NCBI RefSeq assembly: GCF_963921235.1 | Contig: NC_086104.1 | Span: 102,858,001 to 102,922,000 of the forward strand | DNA from: Mobula hypostoma | Lineage: Eukaryota | Direction: 5' to 3' | Length of the DNA stretch: 64,000 nucleotides | In this document: positions 51,266-64,000 of the stretch, in pieces | Layout of the letters: every line of letters starts with the position of its first letter | Position numbering within the stretch: position 1 is the first letter of the stretch | Made by a program: the position numbers and the translations under genes | Notes under the pieces: generated by a model | What the model saw: only the letters and a program-made list of their open reading frames with translations | Databases searched by the model: none | What the model was told of the DNA's origin: nothing

Positions 51266-51544
51266 TAAAAAATTTAACTACTTGATTGGAATGAATGTTT
51301 TTGTAGACATATTGTGCCGCATTTCAGTTCAGTGTATGTCTTTGAAAACTCTTTGCCCCAAAATCATTTGTAAATGCAGTAAATTAAAATCGATCTCAAA
51401 ACTGTCTGTCCTCTCGTTTCCGGCAGTACTGAATTCACTCACCTCGAGAAGCTGTAAAATTTCAGATTAAGCTAATCGTTGATTTAAATGAAGGTGAAAT
51501 TTAATAATTTATTATTATATTCATTGTTAAATATGCCGGTTGCT

Positions 51545-51790
51545 TTTGAAATTGGCGGGCAATTTGAAATGGAACAGGAACTCACTGCAGTCTGATTGGC
51601 TGAATTCTGACCCTCCGTCACCAGTTTCCATATTTGGTCACAAGTAACATTCCCCACCACCTCCCCCACCGACCAACTTCAAACCGATGAAGGAAAGACA
51701 GCCAATCGAAACGCTGGACCCGATAATGGACATCTCCCTTAGAACCAATCAGGAGTTATTGGGCGGCTTCCATCAATCCCTTAAAAGCCG
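51545..51790 (+). promoter_or_regulatory. H3 promoter: CDE/CHR-like element, CCAAT boxes, degenerate TATA
   Basis: TGGCGG-gcaa-TTTGAA 51553-51568; ATTGG ~51595; CCAAT 51702 and 51745; TTAAAA 51781. Confidence 0.7.
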
Positions 51791-51850
51791 GTCCCCGCGG
51801 CTGCTCCGCCATTCCAAGCCCGGTATTGGAGACTGTAGTCGGATTGCTGA

Positions 51851-52267
<417 letters not shown>

Positions 52268-52296
52268 ATCCGGCCTCGGCACCAAGCACAACAAAA

Positions 52297-52338
52297 GGCT
52301 CTTTTAAGAGCCACTAACCCAGCAGTGGAAAGGGCTGT
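52297..52338 (+). terminator. Histone stem-loop (52297-52312) and downstream element
   Basis: GGCTCTTTTAAGAGCC followed by GTGGAAAGGGCTG. Confidence 0.95.
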
Positions 52339-53084
52339 CATTTCCTATTCATTCACCTTTTGTGTTACCGACACGCCGATTTCCTCTGATCCTCCCCTGT
52401 GGGTTTTGTGTAATATTGTTCAATAATTCATCCCGGTTTGTTACAGACTCCAACACGGCCGGACCCACCAACACAATCGGCAGTTCTGTGCCGTTGAGTT
52501 AACGCAGCGCGAACACCAGAGATAAACATCCCTCGCCGTCACGGTCTCTGTCCCCATACCCCTGCCGTGTACAGCTGGTAATTTATTATTGCCAAGTTTT
52601 CCATGTATTTGCGGTTGTTACCGTCGTAAGAATGGGTTTTAATAGTCTCCCGGTCCCATTTCTAGTCGAGCCTATGATTAATTCAGGGGACACTTCAGAC
52701 ACTGGAATTCAGGTTCTTTCACAGAACTCTTTTTCGCGTTACAAACTCTCCTTAGACCGCAGGTTGAGAAAGACCAGTGCAGAACCAAACGATAGACCGC
52801 GAGTATAAACTTCTGGCTTTTGGAAACTAAATGTCCAGCAACATTTAAACTGGTGAGTTAAATAACGTATGGGCGGTTACTGTAAAAACTATTCATGGGA
52901 TTAATGAGTCAAAGCATATTTTTACAGTCTATGGTTGAATAAGTAACTTTCGGCGGGCTTTTGCATGTCAGGTGATCCAGGGAATGGGTACTTTTGGCGC
53001 TTCTCTTGCTAATCTCTGTCTATTGGTGAATGAGGCCGCTCTCTGATTGGGTTATGGCGCTCGCCATGAGAATGGGAGCAACTC

Positions 53085-53180
53085 ATAAAAAAAATGCTGC
53101 CTGGCCTGCTGCGTTCGCCAGCGTTTTTTATCTGCGTTGCTTAAATTTCCAGCATCTGCAGATTTCTTTGTGTTTGTGAT
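53085..53180 (+). repeat. Short Penelope-like tail insertion with TSD-like gagaatgggag
   Basis: atgctgcctggcctgctgcgttc...agcatctgcagatttc; the paralogue at ~54700 lacks it. Confidence 0.6.
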
Positions 53181-55014
53181 AAGAGAATGGGAGTTTAATC
53201 TCCAGAACCTTAACGGCGCACTTTGTGACCCGATACCGCCCAGGCAAATTAGCTCAAAGATTGGTACAGGATTAGGCGTTTCAACATCGTAGAACGCACA
53301 AAGAAAAAGATTCTGCTGAGGCAATCTGAGCAGCTAGGGATTAAATTAAAATATAGAACCAAAAAGGTACATTGCAAAATGGTACAGGAGTAGTAGGATT
53401 GGGCAATATGTACTTCAAGGACTGCTGTAGGAGAAGTGGATTTTGAATTTGTGGGGCTTCGGCTCCAGGAATGGGGAAGGAGGGAGTTGTTCCGGTGGGA
53501 CAGGCTCCACCTGAACAATGCTGGGGCCAGGATCCGCATGAATTGGTGTGGATAGGGCCTTAAACTAAATAGCAAGGTGGTGGGGTGGATTCAACTGTTT
53601 GGAAAAGTGAGGATAAAGTTGAAATGAAGGAGAGGTTACAGAAGTTTCCAGAATAAATAAACTGGCAAAAGATCAAATTTCAAAGTAAATTTCAAACCAG
53701 TGTTCAAATGTCAAACTGCAAATACAAAAAGGAAGAATAATAATAATAAGTAAATAAGCAATAAATATTGAGAACATGAGAAGTGTCCTTGAAACTGAGT
53801 CAGTCCATTGGTTTATCCATGATGTAGTACACATTTTGTAGGCTCTTCCATTCAAGGGCATTGGAGTTTCCATCCTATCAAAAGGACAGGCAGAGGGAGT
53901 GGGGTGGCTCTGTTGGTTCAAAAAAACATTAAATCAAATCCTGAAAAGTGACATAGGATCAAAAGATGCAGAATCCTTGTGGGTAGAGTTTTAAAAAAAA
54001 CTGTAGGATTAAAAAGACTCAGATGGGAGTTATATACAGGCCTTGGAACAGTTGCCACGATGTGGGGTATGAATTACCATGGGAGATAGAAAAGTCACGT
54101 AAAAAGGGCAATGTTACAATGGTCATAGATTTCAATATATACAAGTGCATTGGGAAAATCCACCAGAAATGAGAGAATATCATTGAGCAGAAGTGAGTGT
54201 AGTCACTATTACTGAGGAGAAGATGGCTGGGAAGCATCTGAAGTCACCAAGACAAGATGAACTACACCCCAGGGTTCAGAAAGAAGTAGCTGAAAGGATT
54301 GTGGCGGTATTAGTAGTGATCATTCAATTACCATTAGATTCTGGAATGGCACAGGAGGACTAGAAAATTACAAATGCTATTCCAATCTTTTAGGAAGGCA
54401 AAAGACAGGAAATTATAGGCCAGTTAAATTGACTCCAGTGGTTGGCAGGCTGTTGGAGTCCATTATTAACAATGGCAGACAGCACAGACAAAGGAGTGTC
54501 AGAAGATGTTAACTTGGATTTACAGAAGGCCTTTGCTAAGGTGCTGGGCATCAGAATCGGGTTTAATATCACTGGCAGACTTCTGTCTGATAAATAAACA
54601 ACTTTTCCGGCGTGTTTTTCAAATTTCAGGTCATCCAGGGAACTCACTCTCTCTATTCATTGGTGAATAAGGCCGTTCTCTGACTGGGTTATTGCGCTCA
54701 CTATAAGAGAATGGGAACTTAATCTCCAGACCCTTCAATGTAACAACGGCGCTCTTTGTGACCCGATATCCGCTCCAGTCTGTGTTTGGAGCGGTTTCAA
54801 TCCCGTGGTGTAATTATCAATAATTACCTGACAACCTCGTCCACTGGATTTTCTGAAATTCAATCTCACATTAAAAGGTTAATATTTCAAAGAAGGTGGG
54901 AATGTGAGGAGAGAGTCCTCTTCAGTGCGGGGAGAGACGGGGGGGGGGTAGAAAAGGATAACCTCTAGATTTTTTGCTGACTATCTTTGGTTAAATTTCT
55001 CCGAAAATTCAGAC

Positions 55015-56220
55015 CATAAGACATAAGAGCAGAATTAGGCCATTCAGCCCATTGAGTCTGCTCTGCCATTCCATCACGGCTGATTCTGGATCCCACTCAA
55101 CCCCATACACCTGCCTTCTCGCCATGTCTTTTGATGCCCTGACTGATCAGAACAATCAACTTCTGTCTCCACAGCAGTCTCTGGCAAAGCATTCCACAGA
55201 TTTGTCTTAAAACAATCTTCCTTACCTCTGTTTGAGGCAGTGCCCTCTAGGTCTAGATACCCCTGCCATAGGAAGCATTCTCTCTACATCCACCCTACCG
55301 AGTCCATTCAACATTTGATAGGTTTCAATGAGATGCCACCCCCTCCCACATTCTTCTAAATTTCAGTGAGTACAGGCCCAAAGCTGCCAAATGCTCCTCT
55401 TATGTTAACCCCTTCATTCCCTGAATCATCCTTGTTGACCTCCTCTGGACTCTCCAATGACAGCACATCCTTTCTGAGATATGGGGCCCAAAACATTTGA
55501 TAATACTGCCAAAGTGACCTGACTGCTGTCTTATAAAGCCTCAGCATTATCTCCTTGTTTTTTATATTCTATTCCCCTTGAAATAAATGCCAACATTGCA
55601 TTTGCCTTCTTTACCACAGACTCAATCTGTAAATTAACCTTCTGGAAGTCTTGCATGATGACTCCTAATTCCCCCTGCACCTCTGATGTTTGACCCTTCT
55701 CCCCATTTAGATAATAGTCCTCACTATGCTCCTTTTACCAACATGCATTATCATACATTTCCCAACACTGTATTCCATCTGCCACTTTTTTTGCCCATTC
55801 TTCCAATTTGTCTAAGTCCTGCTGCAATCACATTGCTTCCTCAGCACTACCTACCCCTCGACCTATCTTCATATTATCTGCAAACTTTGCCACAAAGCCA
55901 TCAATTTCATTAAATCATTGACAAACAATGTGAAAAGTAGTGATCCCAATACTGACCCCTGAGGAACACCACTAGTCACCTGCAGCCAAACAGAAAAGGC
56001 CCCTTCTATTTCCACTCGCTGCCTCCTGCCCGTCAGCCATTCCTCTATCCATGCCAGTATCTTTCCCGCAATGCCATGGGATTTTATTTTGTTAAGCACC
56101 TCGTGTGTGGCACCTTATCAAACGCCTTCTGAAAATCCAAGTAAAGGATATCCACCTTTGTCCACCCTGCTTGTTACTTCCTCAAAGAACTCTTAACAGA
56201 TTTGTCATTCAAGATTTCCC
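55015..56220 (-). mobile_element. 5'-truncated degenerate CR1 with (TCTTATG)n tail
   Basis: WLQVTSGVPQGSVLG motif; cataagacataaga terminus. Confidence 0.85.
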
Positions 56221-57514
56221 TTCTGGCCAACCTCTGCCCGCAACTCCAGTCTTCTAGTGCAAGCAACATCCTTACAAAACTTTTCTGCATTCTTTCCAGT
56301 TAAACTATGTGTTTCCCGTCATAGGGTGACCAAAACAATACTTAGTCCTCCAAGTGAGGTCTCACTGACAACATATACAACTGCAACATAATGTCTCAGC
56401 TCCCGTACCCAATGACTGCCCTGCCGATGGAGACCAGAGGACAAACAACCCCTTCACCACACTGTACCAGTGACACCTCTTTCAATGTACTAAGTGTTTG
56501 TATTCCCAGATTTCTCTGTTCCATTACACTACCTAGTGCTCTATTACTCATTGTGTAAGCCCTGGTTTGACATCCCATTATGCATACCATACCTGTTGAA
56601 ATGTATTTGACATGATAGTGTAGGAGGGATAGAGTAAATAGTCTGGGAAAATGTTACCACAGTACTCAGTCAGGACAGGCTGAAGAGCTCAACCACTGAG
56701 GCTGCAAGGGTGGAACTGAGGAATAGGTTAAATTGGATTATAATATAGACCACCCAAAGGTCAGTGGAATTTAGGGTAAATTTATAGACAGATACTAGAC
56801 AGTTGCAAGATAAATAAGGTTTTGATAGTAGCTGATTTTAAATTTCCATATATTGACTGTGAACCCCATGGAGTAAAGGGGCTGGATGAAATAGAGTTTG
56901 ACAAATGTGTTCAGGGAAGTTTCCTTAATCAATATACAGAGGTCCCAATTAGAAAGAGTGTGATACTGGATCTCCTATTCAGGAATGAGACAGGGCAGGT
57001 GACAGGAGTGTATGGTAGAACACTTTGGACATAGTCATCATAATTTCATTAGTTTCAAGATAATTATAGAAAAGGATACAGTAGGTCTGGTCCTCGGGTG
57101 GAGATTCAAAATTAGAGCGTGGGACAATGAGTGTAGATTTGATAGAGGTACAGTATCCAAATTTATTGATGGGGTAAATGCAAGCAGGCTTCTCGCACTG
57201 AGGTTGAGTGAAACTGGAACTAGAGGTCAAAGGTTAAGGGATAAAAGTGAAAGGTGAAATATCAGGGGTACTCCTTCAGTCAGAAGGTGGTGACAGTGTG
57301 GAATGAGCTGCCTGTGGAGGTGATGATTGAGGGTTCGATTTCAATGTTTTAGAGTAATTTGGCTAAGTACATAAATGGGAAGGGAATGAAAGCTATGCTC
57401 TGGGAGTAGATCGACGTCACGAGGGAGAATAATAGTTTGGCATGGATTCTGTGGGTCAAAGGGCCTGTTTCTGTGCTGTGCTGTTCTGTGACTATTTGCC
57501 ACTCCTTGCCCCAC

Positions 57515-58224
57515 TTCTGGATGAGGAAGTGGAGGGATGGATTAGTAAGTGTGTCATCAGCAAAAAAGGTTGGGGGTGTTGTGGATAGTGTGGAGGGCTG
57601 TCAGAGGTTACAATGGACATTGATAGGATGCAAAACTGGGCTGAGAAGTGGCAGATGGAGTTCAACCCAGATAAGTATGAAGTGGTTCATTTTGATAGGT
57701 CAAATATGATGGCAGAATATAGTATTACTGGTAAGACTCTTGGCAGTGAGCAGGATCAAAGGAATCTTGGGGTCCGAGTCCATAGGACACTCAAAGCTGC
57801 TGTGCAGGTTGACCCTGTGGTTAAGAAGGCATACGGTGCATTGGCCTTCATCAATCGTGGGATTGAGTTTAAGAGCTGAGAGGTAATGTTACAGCTATAT
57901 AGGACATTGGTCAGACCCCACTTGGAGTACTGTGCTCAGTTCTGGTCGCCTCACTACAGGACGGACGTGGAAACCATAGAAAGGGTGCAGAGGAGATTTA
58001 CAAGGATGTTGCCTGGATTGGGGAGCATGCCTTATGAGAATAGGTTGAGTGAACTCGGCCTTTTCTCCTTGGAGCAACGGAGGATGAGAGGTGACCTGAT
58101 AGAGGTGTGCAAGGTAATGAGAGGCATTGATCGTGTGGATGGTCCGAGGCTTTTTCCCAGGGCTGAAATTGCTAGCATGAGAGGGCATAGTTTTAAGATG
58201 CTTGGAAGTAGGTACAGAGGAGAT
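57515..58224 (+). mobile_element. CR1 3' part, left half of a split host copy (resumes at 62201-62425)
   Basis: DIDRMQNWAEKWQMEFN...LGSRYRGD; same subfamily as 22070-23580. Confidence 0.88.
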
Positions 58225-61200
58225 ACTATACACTAGAATACAACAGCACAGTACAGGCCCTTCTGCCCTTGATGTTGTGCCATCCCACATATTCCTTAAA
58301 AAAAAGTACTAAACCCACACTACCCTGTAACCCTCTATTTTTCTTTCATCCATGTGCCTGTCCAAGAGGCTGTTAAATACCTCTAATGTTTTAGCCTCCA
58401 CCACCGTCCCTGGCAAGTCATTCCAGGCACCCACAACCCTCTGTGCTTTAAAAAAAACTTACCCCTGATGTCTCCCCTCCCTTAACTTTGTACATATGCC
58501 CTCTGGTGTTTGCTATTTGAGCCCTGGGAAACAGGTACTGGCTATCCACCCTATCTATGCCTCTCATAATCTTGTAGACCTCTATCAAGTCCCCTCTCAT
58601 CCTTCCATGCTCCAAAGAGAAAAGTCCCAGCTCCGCTAACCATGCCTCATAAGACTTGTTTTCCAATCCAGGCAACATCCTGGTAAATCTCCTCTGCACC
58701 TTCTCCATAGCTTCCACATCCTTCCTATAATGAGGTGACCAGAGTCTCACCAAAGATTTGTAGAGCTGCAACATGACCTCTCTACTCTTGGACTTTGTAC
58801 AGTTGCAACGTGACCTCTCCACTCTACTCTTGAACTCCCTAACCTTATTAATGAAGCCTAGCATCCCACAGGCCTTCTTAACTATCCTATCAAGCTGTGC
58901 AGCGACCTTGAGGGATGTATGGATTTGAACCCCAAGATCCCTCGGTTCATCCACACTCTTAAGTAACAGACCATTAACCGTGTACCCAGCCTCCTGATTT
59001 GTCCTTCCAAAATGCATCACCTCACACTTATCTCGATTGAACTCCATCTGCCACTTTTCTGCCCAACTCTGCATCCTCTCTATATCCTCTTGTAACCTTC
59101 GACAACCTACAGCTCCATCCACAATTCCTCCAATCTTTGTGTCATCCGCAAACTTACTCACCCATTCTTCCGCCTCTTCATCCAGTTCATTTATAAAAAT
59201 CACCATGTGGTCTACATGGATTGCTAAAATCCATGTAGACCACATCTACCGCCCTACCCTCATCAATTTCTTTTGTTACCTCTTCAAAAAACTCAATTAG
59301 GCTCATGAGGCACGACCTTCCCTTCACAAAGCCATGTTGACTATCCTTGAGTAGACTGTACTTCTCCAAATGCTCGCAGATCCTATCCTTAAGAATCCTT
59401 TCCAATAGTTTGCAGACCACCGACGTAAGACTCACCGGTCTATAATTCCCAGGATTCTCCCTATTACCTTTTTTTAAACAAGGGAACTACATTTGCCATT
59501 CTCCAATCCTCCGGCACCTCCCCTGCAGCCAAAGAGGATTCAAAGATCATAGCTACTGCTCCAGCGATCTCTTTTCTCACTTCCCACAGCACTTATCAAT
59601 CTTGATGTTTTTAAGAAGATCCAATGTTACTTTTTCCTTAATCTCCACATTGTCCAGCACACAGGCCTGTTCTATTTCGACCTCACCCCACATTGTCCAG
59701 CACACAGGCCTGTTCTATTTCGACCTCACCCTGATCAAGGTCCTTTTAACTTGTGAATACTGAAGCGAAGTATTCATTTAGGACCTCCCCAACCTCCTCC
59801 ACCTTCAGGCACATGTTGCCTTCTTTATCCTTTAGCGGCCCCACCTTCATTCTTGTCATCCTTCTGTTCTTCACATACGCAAGGGGTTCTCCTTAATCCT
59901 ATATGCCAAGGCCTTCTCAGGCTCCCTTTGAGCTTGCCCCAAGTCCTTTCTTAAACTCCTTCCTGGCTATCCTATAATTCTCGTGAGCCCCTCCTGCTTC
60001 TTATATCTAACATATGCTTCCTTCTTCCTCTTGACGAGTTGCCTCACGTGTTTCGTCAGCTATGGTTCCTTATTCCTGCCATTTTTTCTTTGTCTCAGTG
60101 GGACAAACCTATCCTGAACCCAGGACAAGTGGTCCCTAAACTTCCTCCACATTACTTCTGTGCTTTCATCCTTGAACATCTGTTTCCAATTTACTCTCGC
60201 TAGTTCCTGCCTCATCCCTTCATATTTAGCCCTTCCCCGGTTAAGCACTTTCCCATTTTGTCTGTTTTTATCCTTTTCCATAGCTATGCTGAAGCTCAGG
60301 GAGTTGTGGTCACTCTCACCAAAATGCTCCCCCACCAAGAGGTCTGCCACCTGACCAGGTTCATTACCCAGAACTATATACAGTATGGCCTCTCCTCTCG
60401 TCCGCTGGTCCACATACTATTTTAGGAATCCTTCTAGAACACACCTGACAAATTCAGCCCCATCTATCCCCCTTGCAGTCAGGAGGTGCCAGTCAATATA
60501 AGGGAAGTTGAAATCACCCCTAACTACAACCCTGTATTTCCTGCACCATTCTGAAATCTGCCTGCTTATCTGCTCCTTCGTGTCCTGAGGGCTATTTGGG
60601 GGCCTATAGACTACTCCCAGCACAGTGATTGATCCCTCCCTATTTCTGACTTCCACCCACACCGACTCAATGGATACTCCCTCTACAGCGTTTCCCTTTT
60701 TATAGCCGTGATACTATCCCTGAGCAGTAATGCTACTCCCCCCGCCTCCCCTTTTCTACCTCCCATCCTATTCCGTTTAGAACACCTAAACCCCGGTACC
60801 TGCATCAGCCAATCCTGCCCTTCCTCCAGCCAAGTTTCAGTAACGGCCACAACATCGTAGTTCTACATACTGATCCATGCTCTAAGTTCATCCCCTTTAT
60901 TCCTAATACTCCTAGCGCTGAAATAGACACATTTCAACCACTCTAATTGGCTACGTTTATGTTTTGTCCCCTGCCTGTTCTTCCTCACCAACTCAGAACA
61001 CATAGCATCATGCCCTTGTCCTTCCACTCTAATCTCTGCACTCAGATTCTGATTCCCACCCCCCTGCCAAGCTAGTTTAAACCCTCCCCAACAGCTCTAG
61101 CAAACCTGCCCACCAGGATATTGGTCCCTTTCCAGTTCGGGTGCAGCCTGTCCTTTTTGTACAGGTCAGACCTTCCCCAGAAGAGATCCCAATGATCCAG

Positions 61201-62200
61201 AAATCTTAACCCCTGCCCCCTGCACCAACTCTTCAGTCACGCATTCATCAGCTGTTTGATTGGGCAATTGAAAATTGAAAGCTTAAACAAATAAAAAGAG
61301 GGGTAGCTCAAGCAGAGCGGACAGTGAGTGAGTGGGCCAGTGAAGGAGTGGAGCTTTGAGGCTTCGGCGAGCAGAGGCTGAGGACGAGCTTGCTCCCAGT
61401 GAGGTAAGGCCGGCTAAGTTTCCTTAATTAATTTAATCAACTTAGGAGTTGGTAATGGAGGCAGTAGATAGGGCAGTCCAGTGATCTGATTGTAAGACGT
61501 GGGAAGTCAGGGACAGCACAATTGTCTCTGATGAATACACCTGCAAAAGGTGCATCCAGCTGCAGCTCCTGTTAAACCGAGTTAGGGAACTGGAGCTGGA
61601 GCTGGATGAACTTCGGATCATTCGGGAGGCAGAGGCAGTAATAGATCGGAGTTTCAGGGAGACAGTCACCCCTAAGAGTCAGGAGACAGGTAACTGGGTG
61701 ACTATCAGGAGAGGGAAGGGGAATAGGCAGAAAGAGCAGAGCACCCCTGTGGCCGTTCCAATCAACAATAAATATTACGTTTTGGATATTGTTGGTGGGG
61801 ATGACCTACCAGGGACAAGTTCTAGTGGTCGCATCTCTGGCACCGAGACTGCACCCTCAGCTCAGAAAGGAAGGAGGGAAAAGAGGAGAGCAGTAGTGAT
61901 AGGGGATTCGATAGTTAGGGGGACAGATAAGAGGTTCTGTGGGAAAGATCGAGAATCCCAGATAGTCTCGGATCGAGTTCTCAGTATTCTCAGGAGAGAG
62001 GATGAGCAGCCAGATGTCATGGTCCACGTGGGGACCAATGACATATATAGGAGTAGAGATGAGGTCCTGAAGAAGAAATATAGGGAGTTAGGAAAGAAGT
62101 TAAAAAGCAGGACCTCAAGGGTGGTAATCTCGGGATTGCTGCCTGTGCCGCAAGACAGAGAGGGTAGGAACAGGAGGTTATGGCAGATGAATGCATGGCT
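58225..62200 (-). mobile_element. Near full-length CR1 with inverted 5' segment (61253-62200 lies on the + strand)
   Basis: Minus-strand tail, ORF2 and ORF1 C-terminus at 58225-61252; plus-strand 5' UTR and ORF1 (CKRCIQLQLL, VIGDSIVRG, VHVGTND) at 61253-62200; GAGAT TSD. Confidence 0.82.
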
Positions 62201-62425
62201 GAGATGTCAGGTGTAAGTTTTTTACGCAGAGAGTGCTGAGTGCGTGGAATGGGCTGCCAGTAGTAGTGGTCGAGGCAGAAACAATAGGAACTTTTAAGAG
62301 ACTCCTGGATAGCTACACGGAGCTTAGAAAAATAGAGGGCTATGGGTAAAGCCTAGGTAGTTCTAAGGTAGGGACATGTTCAGCACAGCTTTGTGGGCCG
62401 AAGGGCCTGTACTGTGCTGTATGTT
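62201..62425 (+). mobile_element. CR1 3' end, right half of the split host copy
   Basis: gagatgtcaggtgtaagttttttacgcagagagtg... is collinear with 23343-23580. Confidence 0.85.
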
Positions 62426-62809
62426 TCCTTTATCTGCCTCTCCTTGCTCCACTTCTCTAACTGATCAATCCGCTCTGTAATCTACAATAACCTTCTTAAC
62501 AATCTACAAACACTCCTAATTTTGTGTTGTCCATCAACATACTGATGAAACCTTGTGCAATTACATCTAAATCATTTATATGAATAACAAATAACAAGGG
62601 TCCCAACATTGACCACAGTGGCATACCATTAGTCACTGGCCTCCATTCCAAGATGGTTAGTGAGACTGTAGATGACTCCAAAATTAGTGGCATAGTGGAC
62701 AGCGAAGATTATTCAGGATTGGAGTGGGATTTTGATGAAATAGTCCATTGAATGGCAGGTTATATAGCAGAATGTAAAGTGTAAAAGAGAGGAAAGAGAG
62801 TGGATATCT

Positions 62810-63400
62810 GAATGCTGCAGAGGTAGACATGAACGACAACAAAATGATGGATGAACTGAATAGGAATTTTGCATCAGTCTTCACTGTGGAAGACACTAGC
62901 AGTATGGTGGAAGTTCCAGGTGTCAGGGGGAATGAAGTGTGTGATGTTACCCTAACTAGACAGAGAGTTCTGGGGAAACAAAGTACAGTAGGTAAGTCAC
63001 CTGGACCAGATGGTGTACAATCCAGAGTTCTGAAAGAGGTGGCTGAAGAGATCACAGAGGCATTTCAAGAATCACTATATTCTGGAATAGTTCTGGAAGA
63101 ATGGGAAATTGTAAATATCACTTCATTCTTCAAGAAGGGAGAGAAGCAGAAGAAAGGAAACAATAGGCCGGTTAGTTTGACCTCATGTTTGGGAAGATGT
63201 AGGAGTCAATTATTAAGGATGAGGTCTCAGGGTACTTGGAAGCACGTGATAAAATAGGCCACTGTCAGCATAGTTTCCTCAAGGGAAAATCTTGCCTGAG
63301 AAATCTGTTGGAATTCTTTGAAGATGTAACAAGCAGGATAGACGAAGGAGAATCAGTTGATGTTCTGTAATCAGATTTTCAGAAGGCCTTTGACAAGGTA
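62810..63400 (+). mobile_element. CR1 ORF2 fragment
   Basis: LNRNFASVFT, KSPGPDG, NRPVSLTS, DFQKAFDKV. Confidence 0.8.
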
Positions 63401-64000
63401 CCAAACAGCTTGCTGCAAACTTTCACCATTGAAATAATAATTGAATCTTCTACTTTTTCCTTCCAACATGGTTGACCTAACATTCACCAATGTTATAATC
63501 CAGCTGCAAGACCCTTGCCCAATGATACCAGATGTGGACCACAGCTTCTAGCTACTCCCCCCCCCCCCCCCCAATGAATGATCTGAGACGTCTCTGATCC
63601 TGGCATCTGAATAAGTAACATACATCCAGAAGTATTGTTTTCATCCACGGAATTTCCTGTCTATACCCCTATCACTACCACATTCCTCTACCCCCTTCTC
63701 CTTTGAGTCACAGAGAGTCCCAGTGCCAGAGCCCTGTCCCTGGTGGCTTGTCCCTGATCTACACAACTTCTATTTCTAACTCGGGTCCCCAAGACCACCC
63801 AGCATTTGGGAATTGGAAGTTGTTTGAGAGTTCACGGTCACTGTTTTCCTGTGGAGGGAAGGAGAGAGGATGCCAAGGGATATTGACTGAAAGAATAAGC
63901 AGCATGTAATGGGTAAAGATTGCTGAAGACTGGTGGACACAGAGTGTTGGGAATGTATTAAGTAATCAGAAGAACAAAGTGGTGTCACAATATATCAGTA

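Noticed and set aside
61253-62425. Internally deleted CR1 with ORF1 joined to its own 3' end
   Set aside because: The 3' piece is the exact continuation of the host copy ending at 58224, so the inverted-insertion explanation fits better.

Overview
Repeat-dominated eukaryotic (vertebrate) DNA. The CR1/V-SINE/Penelope-like repeat landscape suggests a cartilaginous fish such as a ray or shark; this is an inference. The window holds a dispersed replication-dependent histone locus. Intact, intronless genes with 3' stem-loops and purine-rich downstream elements are H2A (11242-11631,+), H4 (32255-32566,+) and H3.2-type H3 (51857-52267,+). Broken copies are a frameshifted H2B pseudogene (-), a 5'-truncated inverted H3 copy and an orphan H4 promoter. 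There is also a decayed C2H2 zinc-finger gene remnant. Most of the remaining sequence is transposon-derived: many CR1 LINEs (one young copy with an almost intact ORF2), Rex-like LINE fragments, a deleted Gypsy element with both LTRs and a tRNA-Trp-like PBS, a solo LTR, a retrovirus-like RNase H-integrase fragment, Penelope-like elements with hammerhead-ribozyme-like tails, V-SINEs and a Tc1 fragment. The most notable structures are: (i) a ~4-kb CR1 insertion with a 5' inversion and TSD, a twin-priming-like architecture; (ii) duplication of an H4/H3 unit with reciprocal gene loss, plus a gene-less double-CCAAT module found four times near histone genes; (iii) hammerhead-like Penelope tails, including a palindromic insertion with a 17-bp TSD; (iv) candidate phase-compatible exons of an unidentified minus-strand gene. 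I found no convincing wholly new biological system. Repeat boundaries are approximate unless termini or TSDs are quoted.
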